The translations under genes and the position numbers were made by a program. From an uncultured delta proteobacterium (GTDB taxonomy: Bacteria; Myxococcota; Myxococcia; Myxococcales; Myxococcaceae), in NCBI GenBank assembly GCA_963713045.1, contig CAVQKE010000004.1:800001-864000 (forward strand): DNA of 64,000 nucleotides, read 5' to 3'. The notes beneath the pieces are model-generated. The model made no database searches. It was not told the DNA's origin and saw only the letters and a program-made list of their open reading frames with translations. Positions 50,439 through 61,456 of this stretch are shown piece after piece. Positions within the stretch are counted from its first letter, which is position 1, and every line of letters begins with the position of its first letter.

Positions 50439-51152
50439 ATGCGTCTTCTCGCCTTGGTGCTGTTTCTGAGCCTGACCTCGTGGGGTTGCGCCACCGCGCC
50501 GGTGCGTGATGCACCTACCCCCTCCCCGACTCCGTCTGGGGAACATGCCCTGGCTCCCGACGCTCGACAACAAGCAGTCGCTCTCGCCCGAAGGCTTCTC
50601 GGGCGGCGCACCGTGAGCTGGCCGGGAGACGGTTTCCCGGACGATTGCTCCGGGCTGGTGGAGGGCATCTACGCCTCGGTCGGCCAGCCCCTCCAGGGCG
50701 CCGCGCAACGTGGAGACAACGGCGTAACGGGCCTCTACCGGTATGCCCAGACCCGCGGTCGCATTTTTGCGTCTGGCGTGCCCGCACCGGGGGATTTGGC
50801 CTTCTTCCGAGACACCTATGACCAGAACCACGACGGCGTGCTGAACGATGGGCTCACGCATGTGGCATTGGTGGAGTCGGTGTCGGAAGACGGCACCATT
50901 GCCCTCATTCACCGGGTGCGGCGCGGCGTGATGCGCTACCGGATGAACCTGGGCCATCCGCAGATGCATACCGATCCACGTACTGGCTCCGTCCTCAACG
51001 ACTACCTTCGGGGCTCAACGGGAGCGAACCGCCCTGTACTCACCGCTCAACTGTTTGTCGCTTTCGCATCGCTGCTACCTGCTGACGTTCCGCAGGCCCC
51101 TCGACCGGCCTTGCCGGTGCTGGCCCCTCAGCCCGCCGGGGGCTCCATCTGA
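50439..51152 (+). CDS. NlpC/P60-like lipoprotein
   Basis: SWGC lipobox, DCSGLV, GDLAFF, THVALV. Confidence 0.85.
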   Translation: MRLLALVLFLSLTSWGCATAPVRDAPTPSPTPSGEHALAPDARQQAVALARRLLGRRTVSWPGDGFPDDCSGLVEGIYASVGQPLQGAAQRGDNGVTGLYRYAQTRGRIFASGVPAPGDLAFFRDTYDQNHDGVLNDGLTHVALVESVSEDGTIALIHRVRRGVMRYRMNLGHPQMHTDPRTGSVLNDYLRGSTGANRPVLTAQLFVAFASLLPADVPQAPRPALPVLAPQPAGGSI

Positions 51153-51156
51153 TTCG

Positions 51157-53442
51157 CTAGCGCTGCTCGGCTGTCTGCCCGGCGCGAGCGTCCTCGGCTA
51201 AGGTCTGTGCCAGGGTGTGGCTCGGGTTGAGGGCGAGTGTCGCGTCGAATTGACTCGCGGCTAGGTCGAGCTGCTTGGTCTGAAGCGCCAGCCGCCCAGC
51301 GAGCACGTAGGCCCGGATGAAGGTGGTGTCGCGCTTCTGAAGCGCGCGCATTTGCTCGAGCGCCTGGTTTGCCGTCTCGGGGGTGGCCCGCGTGTTGAGC
51401 GCGTATTCCGCATTCGCGATGTCGGCCCAGCCATCCAACCCCCCCAACTGACGGTAGCGCTCGGCAAGCGCAATCGCCTGATCTCGACCGTCGACCGCAT
51501 CGAAGATGGCTTCGGTTCGAGTTCGGGCGAGAAGCTCGCTGGGCTTGACCGCCTCGAGCCTCATCAACGCGCCATAGGCGGCGTTGGCCTGTGATTGAAT
51601 CGCCTTGGCCTGCTCGATGAGCGGGTCGCTCTTCACTTTGAGGGCAGTGATTTTGTCCACCAGGCGGTTGGCTTCGACACGCCAGTCCAGTCCGGGGCGC
51701 TCGGCCTCCAACCGGGCCTTTTGGGTGCTCAGCGCTTCCGCCTCGCGGGTGTAGCGTTGAATCGCCGCCCGCCGGTCATCCACATCCAACAGCAGGGCGA
51801 GCGCCAGCGCGGCCTGCGCCTCGACGTATTGCGGCTGAGACGTCACCAGAACTCTGAGCTGCTGCTCGGCCTGCATCCGTGAGGCTGTGTCGTCCTTGCG
51901 CAACTGGGCGAAGGCCGCTTCCTCAGCGACCACCGCTGACGAAGGCGCACGCTGCCAAGCCGGAAGGAAGACTCGGACCAGCTCCACAATGGCAACGACC
52001 GCAACCACCGCCAGCACGACGCCAAGCGCCATGCGATTGCGACGCTGATAGCCCCGCATCAGCGCAAGCTCTGCGGCGTCCACCCGGCTTGGGCTCGAAC
52101 TCTCCAGGCCTGGTAGCCGGAGCCCCGGAAGCGGCGGCACGGTATGTCCTGGCTCTTCGGGCGGAAGCATGACTCCGCCGAAGCGTGCCCCGGCGGCTGC
52201 GGGGCTCCCGCCGAAGGGCGTGCCCGTCGGGGCGGGCGGGGAAAGGTTGGGACTGTTGGGGACCGGCGCGTAGGCGCTTGGTACACCGGCGACGCTGCCA
52301 GGACCGGCAGGGACGGCGGTACCGGAGCGGAAGCTCAGCCGCGTCCCCTCGAGTGGCGGCGATGTCGACGGAGCCGCAACACCTGCGCCATGCGGGGCTC
52401 CAGTGCCGCCGGCAGGACTCGCAGGTGGCGCTGCGCCGAAAACCTGAGTCCGCTCCGGCGCCAGCGGGGCAGCAGGGGTCGCTCCAGGAGCCCCGCCGAA
52501 CACCTGCGTCCGGGCGGCACCGGGGGCAAGGGGCGCCACCGCCCCGGAGGAGGGCACGGCCGTACCCCCGAAGACTTGTGTGCGGCCAGCGGGAGGCGCT
52601 GGGGGCACGTCGGGAGCGGCGGCTGCGCCCCCGAAGACCTGCGTCCGGGCGGCCCCTGGAGCTGCTGGCGAGGGCTCCGTGGAGGGCGGAGCACCCCCGA
52701 AGACTTGCGTTCGGCCCACTGCCGGGGGCGCCGGAGGCACCCCTGTGGCGGGGGCAGCGGCACCCCCAAAGACTTGCGTCCGGCCAGCGGCGGGAGGCGC
52801 TGGAGGCACCTCCGGAACGGCGGCGGCTGCGCCCCCGAAGACTTGCGTCCGGCCAGCGGTGGGAGGCGCTGGAGGCACCTCTGGAGCGGCGGCGGCTGCG
52901 CCCCCGAAGACTTGCGTCCGGCCAGCGGCGGGAGGCGCTGGAGGCACCTCCGGCGCGGCGGCGGCTGCACCCCCGAAGACTTGCGTCCGGCCAGCGGCGG
53001 GAGGCGCTGGAGGCACCTCCGGCGCGGCGGCGGCTGCACCCCCGAAGACTTGCGTTCGGCCAGCGGCGGCCGGGGGGAGCACCGGTGCACCTCCGAAGAC
53101 CTGCGTCTGGGTGACGGCTGGAGGCACCGGGGTGGGCGTTGGACTGACTCCGCCGAAAACCTGGGTGCGAGGCGCGGGAGGGGTGGCAGGCGAGCGGTTG
53201 TCGGTTCCGAAAGATGGCGTTGGTGCAACGCCAGGTCGGGGTGACGGGGTGCCACCGAAGACTTGAGTCCGGGGCGCGGGTACCGGCGCCTTCGGCTGCC
53301 GCTCCAGGGCTGGCGCATCGCCTGGTCGGTAGGCGATGAAGACGTGCCCGCACCGGGTACACTGCACGGGCGCTCCACCCGGAGGCACCAGCCGGTCATC
53401 AAGTGCGTAAAGCGTCTGGCACTCAGGGCAGCCGATTTGCAC
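51157..53442 (-). CDS. Zinc-ribbon membrane protein with 13 TQVFG repeats and a C-terminal helical/TPR region
   Basis: CPEC...VQCTRCGHVF, Pro/Ala-rich repeats, one TM helix, coiled coil. Confidence 0.88.
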   Translation of the reverse strand: MQIGCPECQTLYALDDRLVPPGGAPVQCTRCGHVFIAYRPGDAPALERQPKAPVPAPRTQVFGGTPSPRPGVAPTPSFGTDNRSPATPPAPRTQVFGGVSPTPTPVPPAVTQTQVFGGAPVLPPAAAGRTQVFGGAAAAAPEVPPAPPAAGRTQVFGGAAAAAPEVPPAPPAAGRTQVFGGAAAAAPEVPPAPPTAGRTQVFGGAAAAVPEVPPAPPAAGRTQVFGGAAAPATGVPPAPPAVGRTQVFGGAPPSTEPSPAAPGAARTQVFGGAAAAPDVPPAPPAGRTQVFGGTAVPSSGAVAPLAPGAARTQVFGGAPGATPAAPLAPERTQVFGAAPPASPAGGTGAPHGAGVAAPSTSPPLEGTRLSFRSGTAVPAGPGSVAGVPSAYAPVPNSPNLSPPAPTGTPFGGSPAAAGARFGGVMLPPEEPGHTVPPLPGLRLPGLESSSPSRVDAAELALMRGYQRRNRMALGVVLAVVAVVAIVELVRVFLPAWQRAPSSAVVAEEAAFAQLRKDDTASRMQAEQQLRVLVTSQPQYVEAQAALALALLLDVDDRRAAIQRYTREAEALSTQKARLEAERPGLDWRVEANRLVDKITALKVKSDPLIEQAKAIQSQANAAYGALMRLEAVKPSELLARTRTEAIFDAVDGRDQAIALAERYRQLGGLDGWADIANAEYALNTRATPETANQALEQMRALQKRDTTFIRAYVLAGRLALQTKQLDLAASQFDATLALNPSHTLAQTLAEDARAGQTAEQR
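52430..53275 (-). repeat. Coding tandem repeat (core 69-bp units encoding GRTQVFGGAAAAAPEVPPAPPAA)
   Basis: Motif at 52699, 52768, 52837, 52906, 52975 and 53044 (69-bp period), with more degenerate units on both sides. Confidence 0.92.
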
Positions 53443-53564
53443 GACCCTGGCCCATATCACGCTTGAGGGACGGGGCAGTCCTCGGGGGCGGTCACAGCGG
53501 GGGGGCGGCACCTACCCCCGGGGCGGTCAAGCGGCAGCTTGCCGGTGGGAGCCGGCCAAAGCCG

Positions 53565-54803
53565 TCAGCCGCGGAACCCCTCGCTGGCAGCGGCGTCCAG
53601 GCCGAATTCACTGTGGAGGCTGCGGACAGCAAGCTCGGTGTACTTCTCGTGTACGACGCAGCTCACCTTGATTTCCGAAGTCGAAATCATCTGGATGTTG
53701 ATGCCCTCCTGGGCCAGCACGGAGAACATGCGAGCCGCGACACCGGCGTGGTTACGCATGCCGACTCCGACGATGGAAACCTTGGCGATTTGGGCATCGG
53801 TCTCAACCGATGTAATCCCCAGCTCCGCGGCCATCGCGGCCATCACTTCCCCCGCCTGAGCCAGGTCTGGCTTGTTGACGGTGAAGCTCAAATCGCTTCG
53901 CCCTTCCCGGGCGGCAGTCTGGACGATGATGTCGACTTCGATGTGGCGGTCGCTCAGCGCGCCGAAAATCCGAGACGCGACACCCGGGTGGTCGGGGACC
54001 TCACGCAGAGTCACCCGCGCTTGGTTTCGGTCGTGGGCAACGCCACTGACGACGACCTGTTCCATGGCCGCATCCTCCGCGCAAACCAGCGTCCCCGGGT
54101 CGTCGCTGAAGGACGACCTTACCCACAACGGGACACGGTACTTCATGGCAAATTCGACCGAGCGAATCTGTAGGACTTTCGCGCCAAGGCTCGCCAGCTC
54201 CAGCATCTCCTCATAGGAGATTCGGGCAAGCTTGCGGGCCGCTGGGCAGATGTTGGGGTCCGCGGTGTAAACCCCCAGGACGTCGGTGTAGATTTCACAG
54301 GCCTCCGCGCCGAGGGCGGCCGCCAGCGCCACCGCCGTCGTATCCGAGCCTCCCCGCCCAAGCGTGGTGATGTTTCCCGCCTCGTCAGTCCCTTGGAACC
54401 CCGCCACCACCGCCACCCGACCCGCGCGGAGCGTTTGCGCAAGGGCACCCGCGTCGATGTGTTGAATGCGTGCCTTCCCATGGACCGCATCGGTGACAAT
54501 CCTCACCTGGTGGGCCAAAAAGCTGGTCGCCTCTCCGCCTTCGGCGTGAATGGCGAGGGCGACGAGGCCAACTGCAACTTGCTCCCCGGTGGCGACCACC
54601 ACATCCTGCTCGCGCTCGTTCGGTGTAGCAGTCACCGCCTGGACGAGTGCGAGCAGGCGATTCGTCTCCCCAGCCATGGCAGAGACGACGAGCACCACGT
54701 CACGGCCATCGGCCCGGGCCTGAAGCGCACGTCGCGCGACGTTGCGGATGCGTACGACGTCGCCGACGGAGGTACCACCGTATTTCTGAACCAGGCAGCC
54801 CAT
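53565..54803 (-). CDS. lysC: Aspartate kinase
   Basis: [22 protein letters not shown], two ACT domains, ISTSEIKVS. Confidence 0.95.
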   Translation of the reverse strand: MGCLVQKYGGTSVGDVVRIRNVARRALQARADGRDVVLVVSAMAGETNRLLALVQAVTATPNEREQDVVVATGEQVAVGLVALAIHAEGGEATSFLAHQVRIVTDAVHGKARIQHIDAGALAQTLRAGRVAVVAGFQGTDEAGNITTLGRGGSDTTAVALAAALGAEACEIYTDVLGVYTADPNICPAARKLARISYEEMLELASLGAKVLQIRSVEFAMKYRVPLWVRSSFSDDPGTLVCAEDAAMEQVVVSGVAHDRNQARVTLREVPDHPGVASRIFGALSDRHIEVDIIVQTAAREGRSDLSFTVNKPDLAQAGEVMAAMAAELGITSVETDAQIAKVSIVGVGMRNHAGVAARMFSVLAQEGINIQMISTSEIKVSCVVHEKYTELAVRSLHSEFGLDAAASEGFRG

Positions 54804-54904
54804 GAGATAGCCGGTGCACCGAGCAGCTCTCTCGCTTAGACGAGAGCCGGGGCGGTGCGCTACGGTGGCCGACCCTTCCCTCGGACGCCCGGCTTCTGAC
54901 GCAG

Positions 54905-56434
54905 ATGCCAACCACAAGCAAGATTTTGCTCGACGGCGACACGCTGTCTTTGGAGGCGATTGGCGCCGTCGCCCACCGGCGCGCTGAGGTGGCCCTCTCC
55001 CCCGAGGCACGGGGACGAGTCGAGCGAGCCCGGGCCCTGGTGGACCGGGTGGCCGAAGGCAGTGCCGCCGTCTACGGCATCAACACCGGCTTCGGGACGC
55101 TGGCCGAAGTCCGCATCGAGAAGAAGGACCTGCGAACTCTGCAGCGCAACCTCCTGCTATCGCACGCGGCGGGGGTCGGAGACCCCCTCCCGCTGCCGGA
55201 TGCTCGCGCACTGCTCCTCCTCCGCTGCAACGTCCTGGCCAAGGGTTACTCCGGAATCCGGCTGCGTACCCTGGAGCTGGCCCTGGCCATGCTCGCTCGA
55301 GATGTGGTCCCGGTGGTTCCGGCCCGGGGCAGCGTCGGTGCCTCAGGCGACCTCGCTCCCTTGGCCCACTTGGGGCTGGCCCTCATTGGCGAGGGCGAGG
55401 CCTTCTACCGGGGAGAGCGACTTCCCGGCGCCGAGGCGTTGTCGAGGGCCAGCCTGGAGCCGGTGGTGCTCGAGGCCAAGGAGGGGCTGGCGCTGGTCAA
55501 TGGGACGCAGGCGATGAGCGCAGTGGGGACCCTCACCCTGCTGCGGTCTGAGGCCCTGAGCGAGATTTCGGATATCGCCGGTGCGATGACGCTGGAGGGC
55601 CTCCTCGGTAGCCACCGCCCCTTCCTGGCGGCCATTCAACAGGTTCGTCCCCACCCCGGCCAGCAGGCGTGCGCTGCCCACCTCAGGGCCCTGCTGCAAG
55701 GGAGCCAGATTGTCGAGAGCCACCGGGACTGCTCCAAGGTGCAGGATCCCTACTCGCTGCGCTGCATTCCACAGGTCCATGGCGCGGCGCGCGAGGGAAT
55801 TGGCTTTTGCCGGCGCATTCTCGAGGTGGAAGTGAACAGCGCCACCGACAACCCGCTGGTGTTTCCCGAAGAGCAGCTCATCGTCAGCGGTGGGAACTTC
55901 CACGGGCAGCCGGTGGCCCTCGCGCTCGATGTCCTGGCGATGGCGCTGACGCAGTTGTCAGCCGTCAGCGAGCGGCGGGTTGAACAGTTGGTCAATCCGT
56001 CCTTGAGCGGACTCCCACCCTTTTTGGCGCGAGATTCGGGCCTCAATTCTGGGTTTATGATTGCCCAGGTGACATCGGCGGCGCTGGTCGCCGAATCGCG
56101 GATTCTCAGTCACCCAGCCTCAGTCGATTCCATTCCCTCGTCCGCCGGGCGGGAGGACCACGTCAGCATGGGGATGACCGCGGCCCTCAAGGCCGCTCAA
56201 ATCGCCGATTTCACTCGGACCTGCCTGGCCATTGAGATTCTCGTGGCGTCGCAGGCGCTGGACCTCCGCGAGCCCCTGCTGCCGGGCCGAGGCGTCCACG
56301 CTGCGCATCACTTCGTTCGCCAGCACGTGCCGACGCTGGACCGCGACCGGGAAGTCCATCGCGACGTGACCCGAGTGAGTGCATTGATTGACTCCGGCGA
56401 GCTGGCCGCGGCCGTGCGCGCTGCCACGGCCTAA
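54905..56434 (+). CDS. hutH: Histidine ammonia-lyase
   Basis: [20 protein letters not shown] (MIO), [21 protein letters not shown]. Confidence 0.95.
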   Translation: MPTTSKILLDGDTLSLEAIGAVAHRRAEVALSPEARGRVERARALVDRVAEGSAAVYGINTGFGTLAEVRIEKKDLRTLQRNLLLSHAAGVGDPLPLPDARALLLLRCNVLAKGYSGIRLRTLELALAMLARDVVPVVPARGSVGASGDLAPLAHLGLALIGEGEAFYRGERLPGAEALSRASLEPVVLEAKEGLALVNGTQAMSAVGTLTLLRSEALSEISDIAGAMTLEGLLGSHRPFLAAIQQVRPHPGQQACAAHLRALLQGSQIVESHRDCSKVQDPYSLRCIPQVHGAAREGIGFCRRILEVEVNSATDNPLVFPEEQLIVSGGNFHGQPVALALDVLAMALTQLSAVSERRVEQLVNPSLSGLPPFLARDSGLNSGFMIAQVTSAALVAESRILSHPASVDSIPSSAGREDHVSMGMTAALKAAQIADFTRTCLAIEILVASQALDLREPLLPGRGVHAAHHFVRQHVPTLDRDREVHRDVTRVSALIDSGELAAAVRAATA

Positions 56435-56456
56435 GTTGCCTTTGAGGGCAGGCACC

Positions 56457-59400
56457 GTGAGCCACGACCTGCAGCCCGAAGTCGCGACCAAGACTGCTGA
56501 CACCCAGCCGGCGGTGGAGAGCCCGCTGGATGAGGCTCGGGCGCGCATTTCCTCGCTGGAACGGGAGGCCCGAGCCTTGGGCGAGGGACCGGAGGCAGCT
56601 TTGTTGTTTCACGAGATGGGCCTGCTTTGGGAAGACCCTCTCAACAACCCGCGCAACGCGGCTTCGGCCTTTCAAACTGCCTTCCGACTTGCGCCGCGCT
56701 TCGTCGAAAACCTACGGGCTGCCCGGCGAATTTTTTCGGACGTCGGCAACTGGCAGCTCGTGCTCCAACTGCTTGACGCAGAGTTGGAGGCCACCCCGCC
56801 CGGGCCGTCCCGCGCGGGATTGCTGTACGAGCGTGCCCTTGTTCTCGATGAGCGTCTGGAGCGTCACGAGGAGGCGGCCGCGGCGTTTCGGGAAGTCGTC
56901 GCCGCCCAGCCCGGGGATGTCGGACTCCTGTCGCAGCTGGCCTCGATTTGGGCGGCCCGGGGGGACGCACGCGCGCTTGCCGACACCCTGCAGCTGCTGG
57001 CGCGCTCGGTGGAGGACCCCCGCGTCGCTGCCGAAGCGTTGCTTTCGGCCGGGCTGCTCCTCGAGGAGCGGCTGCGGGACGAGCAGGGCGCCGCTGAGGC
57101 GTACCGCGAAGCGTTTTCTTTGGAACGCGGCGACCCCGTACTGCTGGCGGCACTGGCGCGGGTCGCCGCGCGGGACCAGCGCGAGGATGAACTGTTGCGC
57201 GTGCTGGCCGCTGAGGCGGAAAACGTCGGCCCTTCTGGAAGCGCCGCATTTCTCGAACTGGCCAGGGTTTACGAGCGGCTTGGTCGGCCCGAGGACGCGT
57301 TGGCTGCATTGCAAGCGGGGCGCCGTCTTCAACCTCGGGACCCTCTCGTCCTCTCGGCAATGACCGCTCTCCTCGGCGAACAACGGCGGCCCGAGGAGCT
57401 GGCTGAAGTGCTCGGCGCCTGGGCCGCCACCGTCCACGACGAAGGGGAGGCGGTCGCGCTCTACCTGCGCCTCGCCTCGCTGTACGAGGAAGCACTCCAT
57501 CGAGACGAGCAAGCCATCCAAAGCTATCGTGCCATTTTGGCGCGCGTGCCGGGAAACGCGGCGGCACTGGCCGGGCTCGGCCGCCTCTATGCTCGCCGGC
57601 GCGATTGGTCCGGCCTGCTCGACGTGTACGACGCCGAGCTGGCCGTCACCCTGGAGAACGCTGGCAAAGCCACCATCCATTACCGAGCCGGAGAAATCTG
57701 CGAGACGCGCCTCCGGGACTCGGACGCAGCAATCACCCGCTACCAGCAGGCGCTGCTGCTGGCACCGGGGTATTTGCCTGCGCAGCAGGCCCTGGAACGA
57801 CTCTTTGAGCGGCTCGGACGCTGGGTGGACCTGGCCGCCATGCTGGAGCAGGACGTGCTCCAGGCGGAAGGTCCATCGGACGCCGTGGCCCGACTCGGAA
57901 ACCTGGCCGCGCTGTATGAGGACCACATGGGGGACGCGGAGCGGGCGCTGGAATGCCTTCACCGCGCACTCGACCTCGCGCCAGAACACCTGTCCTCCTT
58001 GAGGCAGGGCCAGCGTTTGGCCGAGAAGCTTGGCCACTGGCGAGACCTGGTGGGGCTTTTGGAGCGCGAGGCGGCCCTGGTCGGCGACTTGAAGCAAGTG
58101 GTGGCGCTTCGTCACCGCGCAGCGGCAGTGCTCGACGAGCGCCTGGCCGACCCGTCCGCCGCCGTGGTTGCCTACGAAAAGCTACTTGCCGTCTCCCCTG
58201 CCTACCTACCAGCCCTCACCGCGCTGGGCCGGCTCTATTCGGAGGGTGGACGCTGGTCCGATTTGGCAGTGCTCTACCGGACAGAAGCAGCCGTCGCCAC
58301 GCCCGAGCGCGCGGCCCAGCTTCTGCTCAAAGTCGGAGAGCTTCAAGAGCGACGGCTGGGCGACGTCGACGGGGCTTTGACGACGTACGGACAGGTGCTG
58401 GAAAGGATGCCGCGCGACCTCCAGGCGCTGGGGGCGCTCGGCCGCCTGCAGCGCAGCCGCGGCGCTTGGGCTCCACTGGTCGGCGTCCTATTGCGCGAGG
58501 CGGCACTCCGAACCGACCCGCGCGACCGGGCCGACGTCCTCTTCGAAACGGCCTCACTGCGCGAGTACGCCCTGAAGGACGTTGAGGCCGCCACCGAAAC
58601 CTATGAGGAAGTCCTTCGCCTGTCCCCGGCCCATGCCGGTGCACTCCGCGCATTGGAGCGCTTGGCCTCTGCGCGAGGCGATACTCAGGCCCTGCTAGCG
58701 GCCGTGGAGCGGAGCGCCCAAATGGCCTCCGCCCCAGAAGCGCGTGTCGCGGCCTACTTGAAGCTGACGCGACTTTATCTGGACCGACTCGATGAGGCTT
58801 CGCGAGCCGCACAGATGGCGGAAGAGGCACTGGCCATCGACCCGCGCAACCTCCACGCGCTGCTGGTTCTCGAGCGCCTGCGGTCAGCCGACCCGGGACG
58901 ACGGGCCGAGGTGCGTGCCCGACTGGCCGACCGAGTCACGGACGCCGCCCTGGCCGCTGCCCTTCGTTGGATCGGCTCACCCGAGCACGAGGAGGCAGAT
59001 TTGGGGACCCGCGCGCGGGAGCTTGAGGACGCCTTTCGGGTTGACCCGACCGACCTGCGCGTGACCTTCGCCCTGGACCGCACGCTGCGGCTGGGCGGCG
59101 ACCCCGCGTCGCGTTTCGCCTTTTACGCGCGGCGCCTCCAACAGAACCCGGATGAGACTGAACGGCTGGCCTTGCAAATGCGTCTGGCGGAAGCCGCCGA
59201 AGCTGGCGCAGCGGACCTGGCGACCGCACGCGAGGCGTACCGCGACGCCCTGGTGCTCCACCCCGGCTTCCTGCCGGCGCTTCAGGGCATCCGCCGAGTC
59301 GCCGAGCGTCTGCGCGACTGGCCGACGGCGGTTGCCGCCCGGGAGGCGGAAGCTGAGGCCTCGCACGACCTTCGCAGCTCGGCTGATTCCTGGACCGTCG

Positions 59401-61448
59401 CCGGGCGACTCGCCAGCGAGCGACTGGCCGACCCGGAGCGAGGCCTCAACTCCCTTCAGCGGGCGCTGGAGCGAGCACCGCTGCACCAGGACGCCTTTGC
59501 CGAGGCGGAGCGCATCCTGACTCAGGCCGAACGCCCTGAGGACCTGGCGGACCTATACGAGCGTCAGGGGGAAGCGCGGCTTGCGGCAGCCGACCGCTCT
59601 GGCGCTGCAGCCTCGTTTCACCGGGCGGCGCAACTGTGGCGTGCAGCCTCTGGCGACCCAGCGCGAACGATGGCGACGCTGGAGCGGGTCCTCGATGCGG
59701 ACCCCGGGCATGCAGATGCGCTGCTCGACAAGGCAGAGCTGGCTCTGGAGCAGGGGCGCTCGGCCGATGCGGCGGAGGCCTTTACCTCTCGGGTTCGGCT
59801 CGGCGGCGAGCCGGAAGTCCTCTCCTCGCTGCACTTGCGGCTGGGCGCGCTTTTCCAGGAGAGGCTGGGCGACCCCAACCGGGCCGTGGCCCACTTCCAA
59901 GCGGCCCTCGCCGGCCATCCCGGGTTACCCGAGGCGCTGGAGCCGCTGGTGACGCTGTACGTCGCCTCGGAGAATTGGACCGGAGCCTCGGATTCGCTGA
60001 AGCGGCTGTTGGACCGTGACAACCAGCCGCAGGTGCGAGGCCGCTACCTGCTCCAGCTGGCGCGCATTCTGGACGGTGGCTTTGGAGACACGCTGCGGGC
60101 AGGTGAGTTGTATCGGCAGGCCTTGGAACTCGGGGCCGAAGACCCAGCCGCCCTCGACCGCCTGGCGGAGCTGGCCGAGCGCGAGGGTGAAGTCGCCGGA
60201 CTCCTGCAACTGCTCGAGGCCCAAGTCCTGGTCTCCGAGCCCGGGAGAGGGGCGCTGCTGTGCTTCAAGCTGGGTGGGCTTTGCGCCAACGTGTTGGGGG
60301 ATGAGACCCGCGCCATCCTCACCTACCGGCGGGCTACCGAGCTTCAGCCGAACTTTCTCGAAGCGCACGCAGCGCTCGGCCGGCTGCTGGAAAAGGACCC
60401 CGGGTCTCTCGAGCAGGCGGTGCAAGCCTACCGGGCCGCCATCGGAATTGACCCCACCCACTCCGAAAGCTTGCATGCCCTGTTTCGCATTTGGGAACAG
60501 GCGCGGCTACTCGACCGCGCTTTCTGCGCTGCGGCGGTGTTGGTGTTCCTCCAAAGCGCAACGGACCGGGAAACCAATCTCCACTTCGACTGGAGAGCCC
60601 GACTGCCACCGGACGGCCGGGACCCACTGTCCACCGACGAGCTTGCCCTCCTCCAGGGCCCGGCGGCGAGCGCTCCACTGGTGGACGTCCTGCGTCTCAC
60701 CGGGGACGCGATGGGACAGCAACTTGCTCCGGCCTTTGAAAGTTTGGGGGTGGACCCGCGGGTGGACCGGCTTCGCGCCGACCACCCCGTTCACCGGGCG
60801 ATCCGACTGGTGTCTGAGACGCTGGGCGTCGAGGACTTGGCGGTCTACCAGGCCCGCCGCGGACTTGTCGCACTCGAGCCGAGCACACCCCCGGCGTTGT
60901 GCGTCGGTCAGGACGTCGTCAAACGGTTTAATGCACGGGAACAGAAGTTCCTTTTCGGCCGGGCCGTACTCGGCCTCCGCAACAAGGCGGCCGTCCTGTC
61001 CCGGTTGAGTCTGGAGGAGACGTCGCGCTTCTTGGGGGCCGCCGTGCGGGTGGCGGTCCCGGGGTTTCCTGGCCTGGGGCCGCCCGACGAGGCGCTGGCA
61101 AAAGCCCTGCGCCGGCAACTGTCCCGCCGCAACCGTCGGGAACTTGGGTCGGCGGCCCGGGCGGTGGCCGCCTCCTCTCGGGTGGAACTGTCGGCCACGC
61201 TGCGCGCCCTGTCGACAGCGGGGAACCGCGCCGGCCTCCTCCTGGCCGGCGACCCGGCCATTGCCCTGCAGCTGGTGCTGCGGGAGGACCCCAACGGGAC
61301 CGGCGTCCGTCCAGAGACACCCGAGCCCGCCCTGCAGTCGGTGCGCGAGCGCGCAGACCTTCACTCGCTGATTGCCTTCGCGCTTTCCGACGCTTTCTTC
61401 CACCTGCGGCAGAAGGTCGGTTTGGCACTGCCGGAAACGGCGCCCTGA
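56457..61448 (+). CDS. Very large TPR-repeat protein (myxobacterial type)
   Basis: About 1660 aa of Ala/Leu/Arg/Glu helical repeats; C-terminal domain ..NRAGLLLAGDP. Confidence 0.88.
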   Translation: MSHDLQPEVATKTADTQPAVESPLDEARARISSLEREARALGEGPEAALLFHEMGLLWEDPLNNPRNAASAFQTAFRLAPRFVENLRAARRIFSDVGNWQLVLQLLDAELEATPPGPSRAGLLYERALVLDERLERHEEAAAAFREVVAAQPGDVGLLSQLASIWAARGDARALADTLQLLARSVEDPRVAAEALLSAGLLLEERLRDEQGAAEAYREAFSLERGDPVLLAALARVAARDQREDELLRVLAAEAENVGPSGSAAFLELARVYERLGRPEDALAALQAGRRLQPRDPLVLSAMTALLGEQRRPEELAEVLGAWAATVHDEGEAVALYLRLASLYEEALHRDEQAIQSYRAILARVPGNAAALAGLGRLYARRRDWSGLLDVYDAELAVTLENAGKATIHYRAGEICETRLRDSDAAITRYQQALLLAPGYLPAQQALERLFERLGRWVDLAAMLEQDVLQAEGPSDAVARLGNLAALYEDHMGDAERALECLHRALDLAPEHLSSLRQGQRLAEKLGHWRDLVGLLEREAALVGDLKQVVALRHRAAAVLDERLADPSAAVVAYEKLLAVSPAYLPALTALGRLYSEGGRWSDLAVLYRTEAAVATPERAAQLLLKVGELQERRLGDVDGALTTYGQVLERMPRDLQALGALGRLQRSRGAWAPLVGVLLREAALRTDPRDRADVLFETASLREYALKDVEAATETYEEVLRLSPAHAGALRALERLASARGDTQALLAAVERSAQMASAPEARVAAYLKLTRLYLDRLDEASRAAQMAEEALAIDPRNLHALLVLERLRSADPGRRAEVRARLADRVTDAALAAALRWIGSPEHEEADLGTRARELEDAFRVDPTDLRVTFALDRTLRLGGDPASRFAFYARRLQQNPDETERLALQMRLAEAAEAGAADLATAREAYRDALVLHPGFLPALQGIRRVAERLRDWPTAVAAREAEAEASHDLRSSADSWTVAGRLASERLADPERGLNSLQRALERAPLHQDAFAEAERILTQAERPEDLADLYERQGEARLAAADRSGAAASFHRAAQLWRAASGDPARTMATLERVLDADPGHADALLDKAELALEQGRSADAAEAFTSRVRLGGEPEVLSSLHLRLGALFQERLGDPNRAVAHFQAALAGHPGLPEALEPLVTLYVASENWTGASDSLKRLLDRDNQPQVRGRYLLQLARILDGGFGDTLRAGELYRQALELGAEDPAALDRLAELAEREGEVAGLLQLLEAQVLVSEPGRGALLCFKLGGLCANVLGDETRAILTYRRATELQPNFLEAHAALGRLLEKDPGSLEQAVQAYRAAIGIDPTHSESLHALFRIWEQARLLDRAFCAAAVLVFLQSATDRETNLHFDWRARLPPDGRDPLSTDELALLQGPAASAPLVDVLRLTGDAMGQQLAPAFESLGVDPRVDRLRADHPVHRAIRLVSETLGVEDLAVYQARRGLVALEPSTPPALCVGQDVVKRFNAREQKFLFGRAVLGLRNKAAVLSRLSLEETSRFLGAAVRVAVPGFPGLGPPDEALAKALRRQLSRRNRRELGSAARAVAASSRVELSATLRALSTAGNRAGLLLAGDPAIALQLVLREDPNGTGVRPETPEPALQSVRERADLHSLIAFALSDAFFHLRQKVGLALPETAP

Positions 61449-61456
61449 CAGCGCCT

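Noticed and set aside
52430..53275. Regularly spaced repeats as a CRISPR array
   Set aside because: The period is a multiple of 3, the 'spacers' resemble each other, and all lie in one ORF.
51923..53402. Long alternative-frame and antisense ORFs over the repeat gene (and similar shadows over the TPR gene)
   Set aside because: Expected stop-poor shadow frames in high-GC repetitive coding DNA.
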